Below the pieces are notes generated by a model. It did not search any database and had not been told where the DNA came from. It saw only the letters and a list, made by a program, of their open reading frames with translations. This document shows, piece by piece, positions 37,116 through 50,651 of a DNA stretch of 64,000 nucleotides. How positions within the stretch are numbered: the first letter of the stretch is position 1; each line of letters starts with the position of its first letter. Source of the stretch: Trypanosoma brucei (taxonomy: Eukaryota); assembly GCA_000002445.1 (NCBI GenBank), contig CM000207.1:2752001-2816000 (forward strand), read 5' to 3'. The position numbers and the translations under genes were made by a program.

Positions 37116-38253
37116 CTAAAAAAAAATATAAGCAGCATCCATTAAAGCCGATTTCATATTGAGGATAAAACTGGAATCTTTGCAAGCATCATTTTCCCAT
37201 TTACAACTAGGAGATTTGCATTATCCTCTCAATTTTTCTTTGAATTTCCCTGTTATTGTTTTTCCGCTGTCTGCACTCCTGTTGCTGGAGTTGCTGTTTC
37301 TTTCTCTGTTGCTTTTGGATTGCACTTCTTTTATTTTTCATCATCATTGCATTTATCTCGAAAGCACGTTGCATTGCTACCGTGGTACTTGTTGCATGCT
37401 TCCTCTGTCGATGCTGCCGTTGGTGCAGTCGCTGCATTCTTTCTGGCTGCTATTACGGTGTTTGTTGTCTCTAATGGCAATTCACTGCTTCCAACTCACT
37501 CGTGCTTCGATCTTCAACGCTGCTGGTTTCGCTACTATTGTGTCACCTGTTGAGTCTAGAGCTTCATTGGAAGCAAGTTTAGAGGCGAGGTTTGCAAGCT
37601 CTTAGCACCACGGTATTACGTTCAAATCTGTTTTGGTCGTTTTTTCAGCGTGCTATACCAGAAACATACGCTACTGTCTTGTGCCCCTTTACAACCTGTT
37701 GGAAGGAACACTCCAATGTACGCGCCTCTTGCCGTGATTGTAAATGAAGACGCTATTGCGGTTAGTGCTTGCTCTACGGCCGCTGCTGTCAGCTTTGTTG
37801 GTTTCTGGCTGCCACACATTTTGATTAGGTCTTGTATCTTCGTTGGAACTTCACCTGCGTTTGTTGGATATGCCGCATCTGCCGCTGTTTCTGACCAGCA
37901 TGTGTCCTGCACTGGTGTCCCCGATGCCCTGTTTGCACATACACAAATAGCTACAGTCGCCAGATTTTCCCCTGTGTTATCGGCTACGTTGGTGTTTTTT
38001 TGCAGCCGGTGACCATGTTGGCAGTTGTGTTTCCTCCATTTAGGATCGCTTCGGATTGTACAGGGTCCGTTCCTAATTTGCCATCTTTTTTTCTCAGAAC
38101 AACCGTAGATATTCTGTCTTTAATATTCGGTGTCAGCTTGCGCCTCAGCCACATTACCTCTAGAGCAACTTCGTTGGGGTATGGTATTGTTGTATATAGA
38201 TTCCGCCAAATTTGTAGGACTATACAAATACCACGCTGTTGGTTTGGTTGCAC
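37116..38253 (-). pseudogene. 5'-truncated VSG pseudogene; about 1.1 kb retained, with no signal peptide or start of the N-domain
   Basis: C-terminus CKDSSFILNMKSALMDAAYIFF stops at ~37116. Pieces are 37622-37912 and 37984-38253(-). No VSG-like coding upstream of ~38260. Confidence 0.65.
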
Positions 38254-39524
38254 CTCCTAATTCCTCTAAGTTTCGTTTCTTTCATTTGTTCCCTCTTCTC
38301 AATATTCCATCCGTAGTATACTTTCGTTTAGATATTACCACTATTTGTCCCAATCAACAATACCCTCACAGCACATCTTCTTACAAGAGCTAGGTAATCA
38401 GCTGTACGGCTATTCTCAACTACTCATGCACAAAAAAGCTGACTTACATCCCAGCTTCGGTCTCTATATCTGATGTTTTTGGTGAGATCTGGTGTAGTCA
38501 TGGCCTCTGACATTGCTTTTACATTGATTGCGGACATTGTTGTTTCGCTCGCTGATCTTTTTTCACGAGTAAAGCCTCTTTATTCAAGAGCTGGTTCCGA
38601 CACAATTCCTTGTATTCCCTTTAATACGGCTCGCAGTCTCTAAATGAATCTAACACTTTCAGCTACATCCATTTATTTTTCCTACTTTTTTCGGTTTCTT
38701 AAAACTTTGTGACACAGAAAGTTGTGAGGAAGATTAAATAATTATTCGGAGTGAATTCTGTCTTCTAACACAGACCGTTCTTACATTTTGTAACTTTCCT
38801 TGGTTTTAACGTACTAAACTACTACTTAATCTGTTATTTCACACTTCAACATGCTTCATTCTAGAAAAATACTTGCTTCTATCTAATAAATTTGTCAATT
38901 TAATTGTTAGTAGAGGCTCCCAAAGCTCACCACTTCTAAACAATCCTGCAATGCAATAGCAGGCTTGTTGCTGCTATTTGCTTATCGGCTCGCTGCATTC
39001 AGCAGTTTGTTGGTATCATTTCTATATTTGATGCTGGTTTTAGTACATTTCTGGACGTTCTTTCAATCATCAGATGCCTCCTTTGACTTCACTTCGGTTG
39101 TTTTGTTACTGCTGATACGGGACACACCTTGAGGCTACATTTATAACCTTTTTCAGTTAAATTCTTTTTCTTAAATTCCTGTGTATCCATAATAGTGCTT
39201 TCAGTAAAATAATGCGTTTTCAATGAGTTTTTGTGAATATATTGGCATTTCGGCAGTTTGTCACCTTCTACTTGCACTACTTCTTTCTGCTCGGTGCAGG
39301 ATCTTCATTTGACTTGTAGACGAGACTCTTTTTTCCCCTCATTGTCTCCTCAATTATTTCCTTAAATGATTATGCCAATTGTCATATTTGTGCTTAAAAA
39401 ATTTAGCACACTTCATATCCGTTTCTTTCCTTTCCTTACGCCATTTCCATTGATGATATTCATTTCTCTCTCCAACTGGCTCTCAATCACTTGTTTCTTT
39501 AAAATTTTCTATTTTTAAATGTTT

Positions 39525-39650
39525 CTATTATCTTAGTATATTTACTCTTCACAATTTTTAATACAATACTAGTATTTTCACAGTCACAGCACACTCCGAT
39601 AAATATTATTATCATGACTTTTATGATTATAGTTACTATTTTATTTGTAA
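39525..39650. repeat. Degenerate 70-bp repeats
   Basis: agtatatttactcttcacaatttttaatacaatactagtattttcacagtcacagcacactccgataaatattattatc. Confidence 0.6.
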
Positions 39651-39901
39651 CTAACATCCAGAAAATAAACAAAAAATTAAAATACCACTCATTTTTCATA
39701 CTGTTTCACTATAGTACCTTTTATCTATCAACCACTATCATGCGGATTTTTCTAAAATTTCACCAATTTAAACATTTCTATAAATTTTTTTGAAATATAT
39801 CAATTTATAGAAAATTTAGCATAATTTCATAATTTTTTATAAAATTGAGAAAAAATCCTTTAAAATTTAAAATGCTACCAAACTCATAAAATCAGCAGTC
39901 A

Positions 39902-41356
39902 TCAAAGCCAATTTGTTATTAACGAGATAAAACTGGAATCTTTGCATTCTGTTCCATCCCATTTGCTACCTTGTGTGCTGCCACTTGTTGTTTCTTTCCC
40001 TGTGGAAGCTGATGTAGTTTTTCCACCTTCTTTTGCTCCCTTTTCTTTTTTTTTTTGGTGTGTATGTCGGATCATTGACGCACTTTCCTTGTTACCCTTT
40101 CCCTCCACTTTGCAGCCCTCTTTGCAGTTATCTCCTGTTCCTTTCTTTTCGCAAGTCTCTTCTGTTTCGGTTGGATCGCGTTTCAGTGGCGCGCCTGCTG
40201 CTGGTGCCTCTGTGGCTGCTGGTCCTGCTCCCAGAATTGCCTGGTCGTAAAGACTCCATGCTGCTGTGCGCACTGCTTGGATTTTTGCTTCAATTGCTTC
40301 AGCTTTCGAGGCGTCTGTTTTCATCTGGACGAGTTCTGTTCGTGCTGCTTCTAATTCTTTTATCCATGGGATGCCGCTGCCGGTGCCTCCCAGCTGCTGC
40401 TTGTAGTTTATGCATTGGCCTTGTCCGCTGCTGCTGTCGCAGGTTCCGCCGGTGTGGGGTTTGCCGAAGGTGAAACTTATTGGCGCGTCTGTCTGTTTGG
40501 TCGTGTGCCGCCCGATTTGCGCTGAGAATGCTGCTATGCGTGTTGTGATCAGTTCGGCTGTTAGGGGCGGCGCGGTCGGCGGCTTTCTGCAGGCGGCCGC
40601 TATTGTCGTCAAGCGATCTTGAGCGTCGGTTCCGGTTGTAGGGTTGGCAAGACCGGTTATTGTCGTTCCTTGTAGACATTCGCCAGCGCTGTTGTCGTCG
40701 GTTGCCGTGCAAAGACATATAAAATCGTAAGCTATGCCGCTGCCCGTTTTGGTGCTGCCGGTTGCTTCCCCACAGTAGCTTTTGAGGTTGGAAGTCAGGA
40801 CCGCTGTATCTAAGTTAGCTTTGTCTTTGCCGTACAGCGCGTTTTTCAGAGCGGTTTGAACTCTTTGTTTCCGCTGCTGCGCCTCGGCTATTATGTTTGC
40901 ATAGACGCTGCTTAGGGTTTTCGCCGACTCTAGCAGTCTTTTCATTGCCGATGCGGTCTGTTTTCTTTGCCATGTGTCCGGAAGTCTCTTGTATTTTTGT
41001 TGACCGTCTGACCCTGGCTTTTGGTTTAACTTTTCCTTTTCTTTTTGCCAGGTTGTTCGAGCTTTCGCATTGTCTTTACCGTCCTTGTCAGAAAGTTCTC
41101 CTTCTTTGTCTTCTAACCATGCGTCACTTGCCGCAGAAAGATTAAGCGTCTCAATTTCTGTCACTGTTTCGGCAACGTCTGAATTGGCATGTGGAGGTGA
41201 AAATACACCAGGGTTGGCTGCCAGGTTGTAAATATCGCACATTGCCCTGAATTCTGCGGCGTTATCGTTTGCTGCTCCCTGGCATTCGGATGTAATCGCG
41301 CAAAGCGCTACCGCTGCGAACCTCCAGAACGCTATGTTTCTCGCTACTGCTGGCAT
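39902..41356 (-). CDS. VSG: VSG with a complete 484-aa N-terminal and C-terminal ORF but a 1-nt frameshift just before the GPI-anchor signal; a probable pseudogene
   Basis: Signal MPAVARNIAFWRFAAVALCAITSECQGA. The ORF ends ...WDGTECKDSSFISLITNWL*. Shifting one nucleotide at ~39935 restores ...DSSF.LVNNKLALMTADFMSLVAF*. Confidence 0.75.
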   Translation of the reverse strand: MPAVARNIAFWRFAAVALCAITSECQGAANDNAAEFRAMCDIYNLAANPGVFSPPHANSDVAETVTEIETLNLSAASDAWLEDKEGELSDKDGKDNAKARTTWQKEKEKLNQKPGSDGQQKYKRLPDTWQRKQTASAMKRLLESAKTLSSVYANIIAEAQQRKQRVQTALKNALYGKDKANLDTAVLTSNLKSYCGEATGSTKTGSGIAYDFICLCTATDDNSAGECLQGTTITGLANPTTGTDAQDRLTTIAAACRKPPTAPPLTAELITTRIAAFSAQIGRHTTKQTDAPISFTFGKPHTGGTCDSSSGQGQCINYKQQLGGTGSGIPWIKELEAARTELVQMKTDASKAEAIEAKIQAVRTAAWSLYDQAILGAGPAATEAPAAGAPLKRDPTETEETCEKKGTGDNCKEGCKVEGKGNKESASMIRHTHQKKKEKGAKEGGKTTSASTGKETTSGSTQGSKWDGTECKDSSFISLITNWL

Positions 41357-43584
41357 TTTCTGAGCTTGGAAAATAGATAATCTGTAGAAGTTGTGTAGTG
41401 GAGCTCTTATGAATTGCAGTGTGCAAGACTATTTTCTAGAAACAGCAGGTGTTGGACGCCTATGGTCACTAAAGGTCGGTTCCGCAGCTACTTCGGTTCA
41501 TCCGCTGTTTGGACTCAGGCTGTAATTGAAAACTCCGGCGCTATTGCGATTTTTTACCGCCTTCGCCTCAATGTCTAGCAAAAACGAATGGTCTGCTGTT
41601 TGCAGTCGGTTGCTCCTCTCCAGTACTGCGGGTTACATCGCTTTGGCTTACACTGCAAGGGGCGCTGTTACATTGAAGGCTTGCGTTCGGCACTTTAATT
41701 TGGTGTTTTATGTTGGGAGATGTTTCGCTACTTGCATATCAGAGTTGCCACAGTGATCGATGTTGTAGAGTAGTTGGGACGAACTAAAAATGTTAGGGCT
41801 CCGCACCGTCTGCACCCCTTGCACTACCTGCATCGACATTGCTTGCTGATATCTTCAGTTGTAACCGGAATACTGTCGCTGCTGTCTGGTGTCGTTGCGA
41901 TGACGTAAAGTGCACTGAGATACTCTGTTATTGCTAAAACGGCTGCTGTAAGCTTTGTGAAACGCATGTCATTGTCCTTTTTTAGTAACATTATTTTGGT
42001 TTGGCCACTAGCTCGATTTTTCTATCGCTTTGAAGTTGCAGTTAGAATGTGGTTGCCGATTGAATTAGCTCACTGAGGTGTTTCTTTTTTGCGGTAGCAC
42101 GTTTTCATGCCGTCGATGGTGGCATCTTTGTGTGGGTTTATGCTGGTTGTAACTTTCAAGTAGAAATAACAGCTCAAAAGAAAATCCTGATGCAGCGCTA
42201 GTAAATATGCTGCTGCGTCCGTGTAGGCAATCCCAGGTTTTTTGTGCTCCTTCCTTTGTTTTGCACTTGTATAGATCATTAGGTCTCATTTTTGTTGTTC
42301 TTTCACGCAGATAAACTATGACATACCCTGTGTGAGCTGCCGGCTAACGCCACCGCCACTTGGCGCTATATGCATACATTCAGTGCCTGTCAGACACTGC
42401 TCGCTTCGATTTGCGGTACAAGTTTTATCCACTTCTATATGAACAATGTCTATTTTACTAAGTTCTTGTTCGATTACGCAGCTTCGGCATGGTTTGTGGC
42501 TGCCGCTCTGCCAAGCTTTTGAAGCTCCCTTAGCTACTTTATCCGCAACCCTAGCGCTAAATTTTGCTGGATAAGCTGCTTAGTCATTTATGCTTTTGAG
42601 TGGTTGAGTTGTTTTATATTGTTGGTTCCACTTTGTTGCTGCTATTTTAGTGTGTTTCTTCCCTACAAGCTGCAACGTAAATGCTGTTGTTATACCCATT
42701 TTTCCTTACTATTATTTCTTTTTTTAAATCTGATCGGCGCAGGAAGCGGTGGGAAAGATAAAATGTTCATGAGAAATAGTTGTTCTTTAGTTACCTCTGC
42801 TTGTTATTTATAAATAAGGTTTCACTTTTCTAAAGTATCACGAATATAACCTAATTAATATGTCATTTAGACACACATTTCAATCTTTATCTGTTTGAAT
42901 CTAAATACAACGATTCGCTCGCTTCTATCCAATAACTTTTTTCAATTTATCTGAATGTACAGACTGCTAAAGCTCACTTTCTCTTTATCGCCTGATGATG
43001 CAACGACATCCATATTGATGCCACCTCTTTCTTTGTTGATGCATTCTTCAGCCTATTTCTAGTATTTATCGATTGTTTCCTGCTTTTAGTACATTTTTAA
43101 AGCTTTGTTGGGGTTATAATTTTGTAGATTCACACCTACTTTGCCACTCTTGGAATTACTGTTGGAAGAACACCTTTAAATGCATTATATCTTGTTTATT
43201 ACCTACATTCTCTGTGCTAAATTACTCCTTGTGCATTATAGTGCTTTAACCGTAACTAATTATTACACAGGGGGTTTGAAAATCATATTAGCAGTGATGC
43301 TATTGTATAATTTTTTTCTCGTTTAAATTAGCTATATCACCGCCGTTTTCCGGTACAATAGACTTTTTTACATCATTTTCTTCATTTGTCAGATTCTTGA
43401 GTATGATGATATCACCATCATAACTTTTTGATGCTACACATACCACATCTCCTTTTTATTCGTTGTCATTCTGCATTTCCTTCAACAATATTACTCATGC
43501 TCTTTTTATTTTTCTCAATGACCCACTATTTTTGGTCGCTTCCATTTTTTTAGTTCATTCGGTTTCACAGGCAATCGTATTATG

Positions 43585-43675
43585 CCATTAGTATATGCAC
43601 ACTCACAACACTCTCCTATCATTATTATTATCACTATTAGTATTATCATTGCTGTTAAAATTATAACCTAACTAA
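43585..43675. repeat. 70-bp repeats
   Basis: agtatatgcacactcacaacactctcctatcattattattatcactattagtattatc. Confidence 0.8.
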
Positions 43676-43711
43676 TATCTATATTTTTTCATATAATTGA
43701 AATTTTTTTTC

Positions 43712-45003
43712 TTAAAATGAAAAAATCACAAATGTAGCAGCTATACTCAGCGCTAAATTCTTATTGAGGAGGAAACTAGAATCATTGCATTTGTTGTCTT
43801 CCTATTTGCACTCCGGATTCTTGCATTTGTTCCCTTTCCCTGCACATTTCTCTTCTTTCTCTTCTTTTTCTTTCACTCCGTCTTTAATTTTTCACTTTCC
43901 ATCTTTGTCAGTTTCTTTCCACTGGCATTTATCATCTTTGTCGCACTCGTCTTTATTTTCATTGTTGCAGCTTGTTGTTGTTTTCTCTGAGATTTCAGAA
44001 GAACTCTTTTGACAGTCTTTGTCAGCTTCTTCCTGTGCCTTTGTGGTCGCCGCTGCAATGACGTATGCTGTTGCGAGCTGCTGTAAGCTGGATAGTGTCT
44101 TCAGTTCTACCGCTGTGTCCCTTTTGTCGAGTTGCAGGTAAAATTTGGTTGTTTCAATTTTGTTCCATATTTTGATTGCGAATTCGTTTTCTTCTTTACC
44201 GTAGATTCTGTTGATTGTCTCTGTGACCTCTGTTTTTTCCGCTTGGCTGAGTTGTTCTTTAAAGGGTTTGTTTAAAATATGCAATCCTATTTCGTGTTTG
44301 AAGGCTTTTTGGCGGTTATTGTATGCTCTGTATGTTGTTCCTTGTTGAATCTGTGTTCTCATCATAGTGTTTAAGAGTCGTTCCGCTTCAGCTATGGCGT
44401 CCGCGGCTGGTTGTGTTGGTGTTAGCCACGTCTTGGTTTGTCCGCTGCTTTTTGTTAGGCGCGCTGTTGTGGTTGTCTGCGTTGCTGTTTCGAATAGCTT
44501 GTGTTGCTTGATGCTTATGTGCGTCACTCCGCCTGTGGTGCATGCCGCCCCTGAAGCTCCAATGCAGCACATCGCTGTTGCCGCGACTTCGGCGGCGGCT
44601 GTTTCTATTTGGTCTATCTTTTTTATGTCGGCTATCCATTGTTCTAACGCTTGTTCAGCTCCTTCGACAGATGACTTGGATACAGGCTCACCCAGCGAAC
44701 AGAACGATCCGGGACTGGCTGCTTTGTCTGATTTAAGTTGGATTTTCTTGTAAGAAACCGCGGTTTTGTGAGCTGTCTGTGATACTGCTGCGATCTCTGC
44801 TTCGCCTACGGCCGTTAGCGTGGCAGTCGTTCCAAGTGCTTGCGCTAGGTTCAGTATGTGTTTTTGGGTTTTTTTTCCAGGTCTTTAGCAGCCACGGTTT
44901 CTGCTGCTGCGCACGAAAAGAGAAGTATCCTTAGGGGCGTCGTCGTCTGCCGATGTTGAGCATCGCTAGTTAAGGCTGTATAAACCTGTAGCTGATGTAG
45001 CAT
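43712..45003 (-). pseudogene. VSG pseudogene, shorter than full length and with frameshifts
   Basis: N-terminus MLHQLQVYTALTSDAQ... from ATG at 45003. ORF 43892-44572(-) holds a Cys-rich C-domain. The GPI signal NDSSFLLNKNLALSIAATFVIFSF stops at ~43712 in another frame. Confidence 0.7.
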
Positions 45004-45649
45004 GGTTTGCGAGCTTTTTTGCTGCCTTTATGCACGTACAGTGGCTTTTATCAGCTCCGCTGCATACTTGTTGGCTTTGTCGATTGCTGTACAGTTATCT
45101 TCGGCTGCTGCTTTTCTGGTACAGGGCTGTATCAAGTGCAGAATCGACCCAGTCAACATTAGTTGGAACAGCATTTTTACTGCTTTTATTGTTCTTGCGA
45201 CTTTTTGCCGTTTGTTGCGATTTTAAAGATAAGGAAAAGGGTTCATTTTTTATCATCATACAGTCTCGAAGTGCCTGTACTTCGCCTCAGTCATTACATT
45301 TTTTTAAGGTTTTGTCCTTTAGCTCACTCCTGTCAAACTTTTTGTTGTTTTCATATAATCACATCGCAGGCTGCCCTTTGATTGTTTTTTTCTGCTATAT
45401 GTCTTTCTTTACCGCTTCTAACTGTAATTATAAAGCTGTTATTGCTATTTGAACTAATATCCGCATGTATCTATTGTATTTCTTTCCCCCAATCCATTCC
45501 ACACCAACTTTAAAATACCGCTCAAATTTCTATGCCTACAAATTTGTTTTTTATGGTTTCTACTTTGTTTTACACTTATTTAGCTGTGCAGTAGTACATT
45601 ACGGACCAATAACAATATAAAGTCTCTGCTGCAGCAGTAAAGACACTAT

Positions 45650-48600
45650 CATTAGGGGTTGTTTCGAAATATCACTGGTTTTATATGTGATTTGTGTAAC
45701 ATTTAGTGACTTGTTTTCCGTTAACAATATCCATTCCTGTCGTGGCATCTTTATTCTCGTCGTTAATAGAGGGTCAGTATCGATACAAATATAAAGCACG
45801 CACTTCTTAAACCCAACAAACCCTCCAAGTGTATGTCATCGTTCAGACCCATCACACGCTCATTAGCACTCTCTTTAAACTTATAGAGAGGATTGCAGAG
45901 AGACACGTACGAGACACAGTAGAGTGTAATCTACAACCACAGCAAGCTGGTTTTCGCCCAGTGAGGTCGAAATCAGACACCGTGATGACACTCACATACT
46001 CTGTGGAACATAGAGTAGCCGTAGAGAAAACTGCCGCTGTATTCACATATTATGTGAGGGCATTTGACTCTGTAGATCACAGGTATATAATAGAATCACT
46101 AAAAAGATATAAGGTAGACACGCACCTCATTACACGTGTTGCAAATTTCCTGGAGGGACGGACTGCAGTGGTACGAATAAACAACATCCCTCTCAAAGAA
46201 AATACAACTCAAGTGTAGTGTTCCACAAGTTTCCCTTTTGACGCCATTCCTATTCATTATCTCAATGGACTCTCTCATGGCGAAAGTAAATGCCTTACAA
46301 GTCCCTAAACACTACTTCTTCGCATACGACATCATGATAATATGCTCCAACACTGACCGGAAGTCATTCGGCAGACACTACAAACAGGATTAGATTGCAT
46401 AGAGAGCCTGTCAGCAGAGCACTATATGGATTTGTCTGCAGGAAAACAAAATGGAATACACGTTCTTTGGTGTGAGGGACAGAGACCCATTGAACCTAAT
46501 GCTAGAAAAGCACAGATTAAGTGAGACAAGAAAGCACAGACTCCTTGGGGTGAAAATGCATCCACACAAAAGTGTAAGCAAACATGTTCACACCATACAA
46601 ACAGCAGCAAATATGAAATCAATAAAACGACGGGCTGTTACATCACCTGGATGTGGGGTAAGTAAAGAAAGCATACAAGCATTTTTCTTAGCTTTAACCC
46701 AGGAGAAGTTATTCTATGGTATCGCAGTATGGTGGTTCAATGCCTTTCAATCAGACAAAAAGCAGCTTGAACGAGTGCAAGCGCAGGAGGCACATGTTAT
46801 TGCGGGTGTTCCAACGTAAGCGAGCAGGCATGTTGTCATAAAGGAGGCCCTCCTTCACCAGATAGATTATATTACTCATAGACGAGCAATATAATACTAT
46901 TGAACAAGGAAGGCGAATAGTAAGGCATCATCCGACACAGTGGAAAGAATCTTCCCACCTAGTCATCTGATATGCACGCTCCTGGAGAATGTGTCATACT
47001 TGTATGAGGAAGTAGACGAACCGGAGGAAACACACACGCAAAGCATATTGCAACTGGTGAGAGGACCGTAATTCAACGCCACAACACCAGGTGGTGTCCA
47101 TTTTGACGCTTCAGACAGCGAAAAGAAAAGACACAAAATGCAAATGGTACGTAGATTTACAGACTACAATTACCGAGTGTGTACAGATGGGTCGGTGATA
47201 CTGGACGAATCCTCTGGTGCCGGGCGATAATATACCCTACACAATGTAATGCGGTAAAAGTCAACAAAAGAAGAGGCAGGTTAGCATGCAGATACAGAGC
47301 CGAGGGTGTAACCATGGAGGAAGTACTTATGAAACTTAAGTCAGTAATAATGATCAACGAGGGCAGAAAAAGGAAAGGGTCAATATTCACATACTCGTTA
47401 CGTTTATTAATGTCACTTAAAACGAGTCCTGCAGTGGCGACAGATTCCATACTGCGACACATATGGAATCTGATCATATACTTCATGAAACTGAGAGTAG
47501 CCATGTCACTTCAGTTTGAGTTTTCGCATTGCTGAATTTCAAGAAATAATTAAGTGGACGAACTCACAAGCAAAGGAAACCACATGACGCAAACTTACCC
47601 TGCATAGATCACCAACATCGTCACAGGTATAACGCGCCAATTACGTAATCAGGCACAACGCGACTTTGCGGAAGGCCGAGGCCCAAACACACACCGCAGC
47701 GCTTTACTAAACCATATAAAACCAACCATTCAAAAAAGGAGCTAGGAAGGGAAGATGAGTCACTGTTGGCTCAATTTAAAACAGGGACTTCAAAACATTT
47801 TGGATGGTTACATAGGGTGATCACACGACAGGTTAACAAACTGGAGTGCATATGGTGTACAAACCACATGGGAAACATTCTCAATAATTTCCCTGTCCCT
47901 ACTCAAAAAACACTGTAAAGATGAAGGAAACCGAGGAAGGCAAGGTGTTAATAGCTACAAGACAGAATGACCCTGTTATATGCCCATTTTGCAATATAGT
48001 GTATGCAGGATGGCAAGCTGGAGTTGTGCACATGAGGAAAATAGATTATTGGATTCGTGAAAATACACTAGCTGCATTAAAGATTGCGCCGAGAGAAGCA
48101 CAGGTGTATAATGACGTCTATAAATGTCACGTATGTGGTAAAGTACTTGACATCAAGGGGTTACTGCAACAACACATGCCACAACACCCTCCGACAACTC
48201 CAGTAGTATGGAGAGAGCAACAAAAGAGGAAGCGAGAAGAAGAAAATTCGGTACAAACAGTCTACAAGTGTCAATGGTTCCCAAAGCAGTATGCCACATA
48301 TGGCTAGTTGACTAGACATATACGTCTTAAGCATCCTAAAAAGCAAACCGAAGTGAGACGACAAACGGAAATGCAGGATGTGAGCAGCGAAGATGAACAA
48401 GAGAAAGCACTATAAGCACACAAAATGTCTCCGCTGAAGACAGATGTATAAAAACCAAACCTTTTTCACCACACATAGGGGCGCTGCGGAGAAGAGTAAA
48501 GGGTAACCAAGAACACCGCCATAGGAAGAACTGTCGGAGAGAGAAAAGAATGTAAGATATGCGGTAAAGAATATCACCACAGTTGGATGTTACGCCATAT

Positions 48601-49790
48601 GAATGCGAAACACCCCTGGAATGATATCTCACTCAGACTCTAGCCGATAAAAAGAGAAAAAGTGATGAATGAGATATCAAAGTTGCAATAAAAGGAAGAC
48701 AATAGTAGCGATAAAAAAGTAAGGATGGCAATGAGTCACTACTTTATGTTTGCGACAAATGCAAGAAGTGTCTCAAAAGCAATACATGGATGGAACGCCA
48801 TAAGTGCGTGGACATCGAGAAAGCGTATCCCAAAAAGTGAGAATGTGAACAACTCTCATAGAGCAATCACCCAACTAGAAACCACTACCAAAAGTAGATC
48901 TAATCCCGGAACCATATATAGAGCACTCCCCAACTCAGACTCGATACACACGCAAAGCTTTATTTCCACGAAAAAAAGAGGAAAATAGGGACTGAGCATG
49001 ACACGGCAACAGATAAGATGGACATATGCGATAATATATAGAGCATAAGCACAAAGAGAAAAGAGCTCAGGGGCACACAGAGAAGCCTCGTAGAGAATTT
49101 ATATGTGGAACTTGTGATAACACCTACATGTCCTGGTGTACACTAGTATTGCATACCAGTACACAGTTCACAAAACTGCAATCACTGTAAAGAGGATATG
49201 TGGTGAAGAAGGATCCCTTCAAATCACGCCACTGGCCTCTCGTGCACCAATGCCCACATTGTTCGAAGGTTTGTGCACAAAAGCAATATCTCACAATGCA
49301 CCTCCAAGCAGCACATGGCCAAGCACGTAGCTCAGATAGGCGAAATGAACTAAGATAGAAATGTAAAGAAACATCAATTCACCTGTTACAGTGTCTCACT
49401 TTGAGTAAACTCCGGTCAGATCATGAAGTGTACAGTCTGAAAGAGGAAGATATGTACTTTAGTATTAAGCTTACAAGCTTTTTAAGGGCATTCTTCATTC
49501 CGACGGTAAATCCGGCTCTTACCATAGACACTAAGAAATTGATAAAACGACCACGAGTAAAGAGAAAGAGATAGAAAGGTTACCATCATGCTAAACATCC
49601 ACTGACTATATGCGACACACTCGGATGGCAGCCAGCGAAATTTTTCTCAATCGATGAAAGACAATATCCAAAAGTGGCTTCCTGAACGAGGCACCGTTAT
49701 CAAGGTCCCGAAGGAGGAAGCGAGTGGCGGATCATGAGGATGGGAAACATATCAGTGAAAGAAGTAGCCGCCATGGCAGTCTATGTAGAT
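45650..49790 (+). mobile_element. 5'-truncated, degenerate ingi-related non-LTR retrotransposon (DIRE-like). It has RT, RNase H and C2H2 zinc-finger regions and no endonuclease domain.
   Basis: 45700-46220 (..FRPITRS..RIAERHVRDTVECNLQPQQAGFRPVRS...) is ~35% identical to ingi RT (YRPVTLTS..RIIAARLRDTVESQLTPQQSGFRPGCS). 46451-46819 matches the ingi RT thumb. 47179-47535 is RNase H-like. 47921-49330 carries multiple CxxC...HxxxH fingers. There are many stops. The 3' boundary is approximate. Confidence 0.65.
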
Positions 49791-49899
49791 TGATTGAGGT
49801 GTCTGCAGAGTAATTCACAATGAAAAAATGTTAAAATATATTAAAATATCTCCAAAGAACAAATTTAATAAGTTCAATAAAACTTCTTTTAAAAATTAA

Positions 49900-50420
49900 T
49901 TATAGAAGAAAAAATTCAAGCAAAAGAGGGGCCTTATTAATCGCAACAGAATTGATTCCTGTGATGTTCGTGGTTTTCCCCTCTTTTGCTTTTCCTCCTT
50001 CTACCTACAGTGGCTTGTAAGTTTTATCCACTACGCACTTTTTTGCTGCTTCACTGACCCGTTTACAGCCATCTTTGCAATTGTCTCCTGTTTCTTTCTT
50101 CTCGCAATTTTAATCTGTTTCGATTACTTTTGCCACTTGCGTTTTCGCTGTTTTTTTGTTTTTCTTCGTTAAGCTGTCGTTGCAAGTCTGCATGCTGGTG
50201 AAGCCACTTAATCTGAGCTAGTAACAGGCTCCGTTTGATGTCATCCTGCTCTGCGCTATCTTTGATAAACGCTGTTTTGATAGCATCTGAAGTTACCCGC
50301 GTGATCGTCTGGTCCGTCAGCTTATAGTATATTTTTCTTCTCTTGTTCACTGTCTTGACCGGCTACTGATTTTTGCAAATCTTCGGTGCCGTAGTCTGCT
50401 TTCGTGTCGGGTGTTGTAAG
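49900..50420 (-). pseudogene. VSG 3' fragment, truncated at its 5' side by the ingi
   Basis: The minus-strand C-terminus ...KEGKTTNITGINSVAINKAPLLLEFFLL stops at ~49900. The 3' UTR-like AT-rich region is at 49800-49900. Similarity is lost at the ingi 5' end. Confidence 0.55.
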
Positions 50421-50651
50421 CTCGGCACCCTGGCGATGCCGGCCACCTCAACGTGGTGCCAGGGTCCAGTACCCCGTATCATCGGGGGAAGCCAAGAGGC
50501 AGCAGCGTTCCTTTCATGGTGAACACTGCTGTGCTCCGGCTACGGCATCATACAGCACAGGGATCAGTAGCGTCTTTCTGGGACACCGTTCTTCATTTGT
50601 CGGTCCCTGGGCACGTGCCAGCGTGCCATCAGCAGTATCATCCGCACTAAG

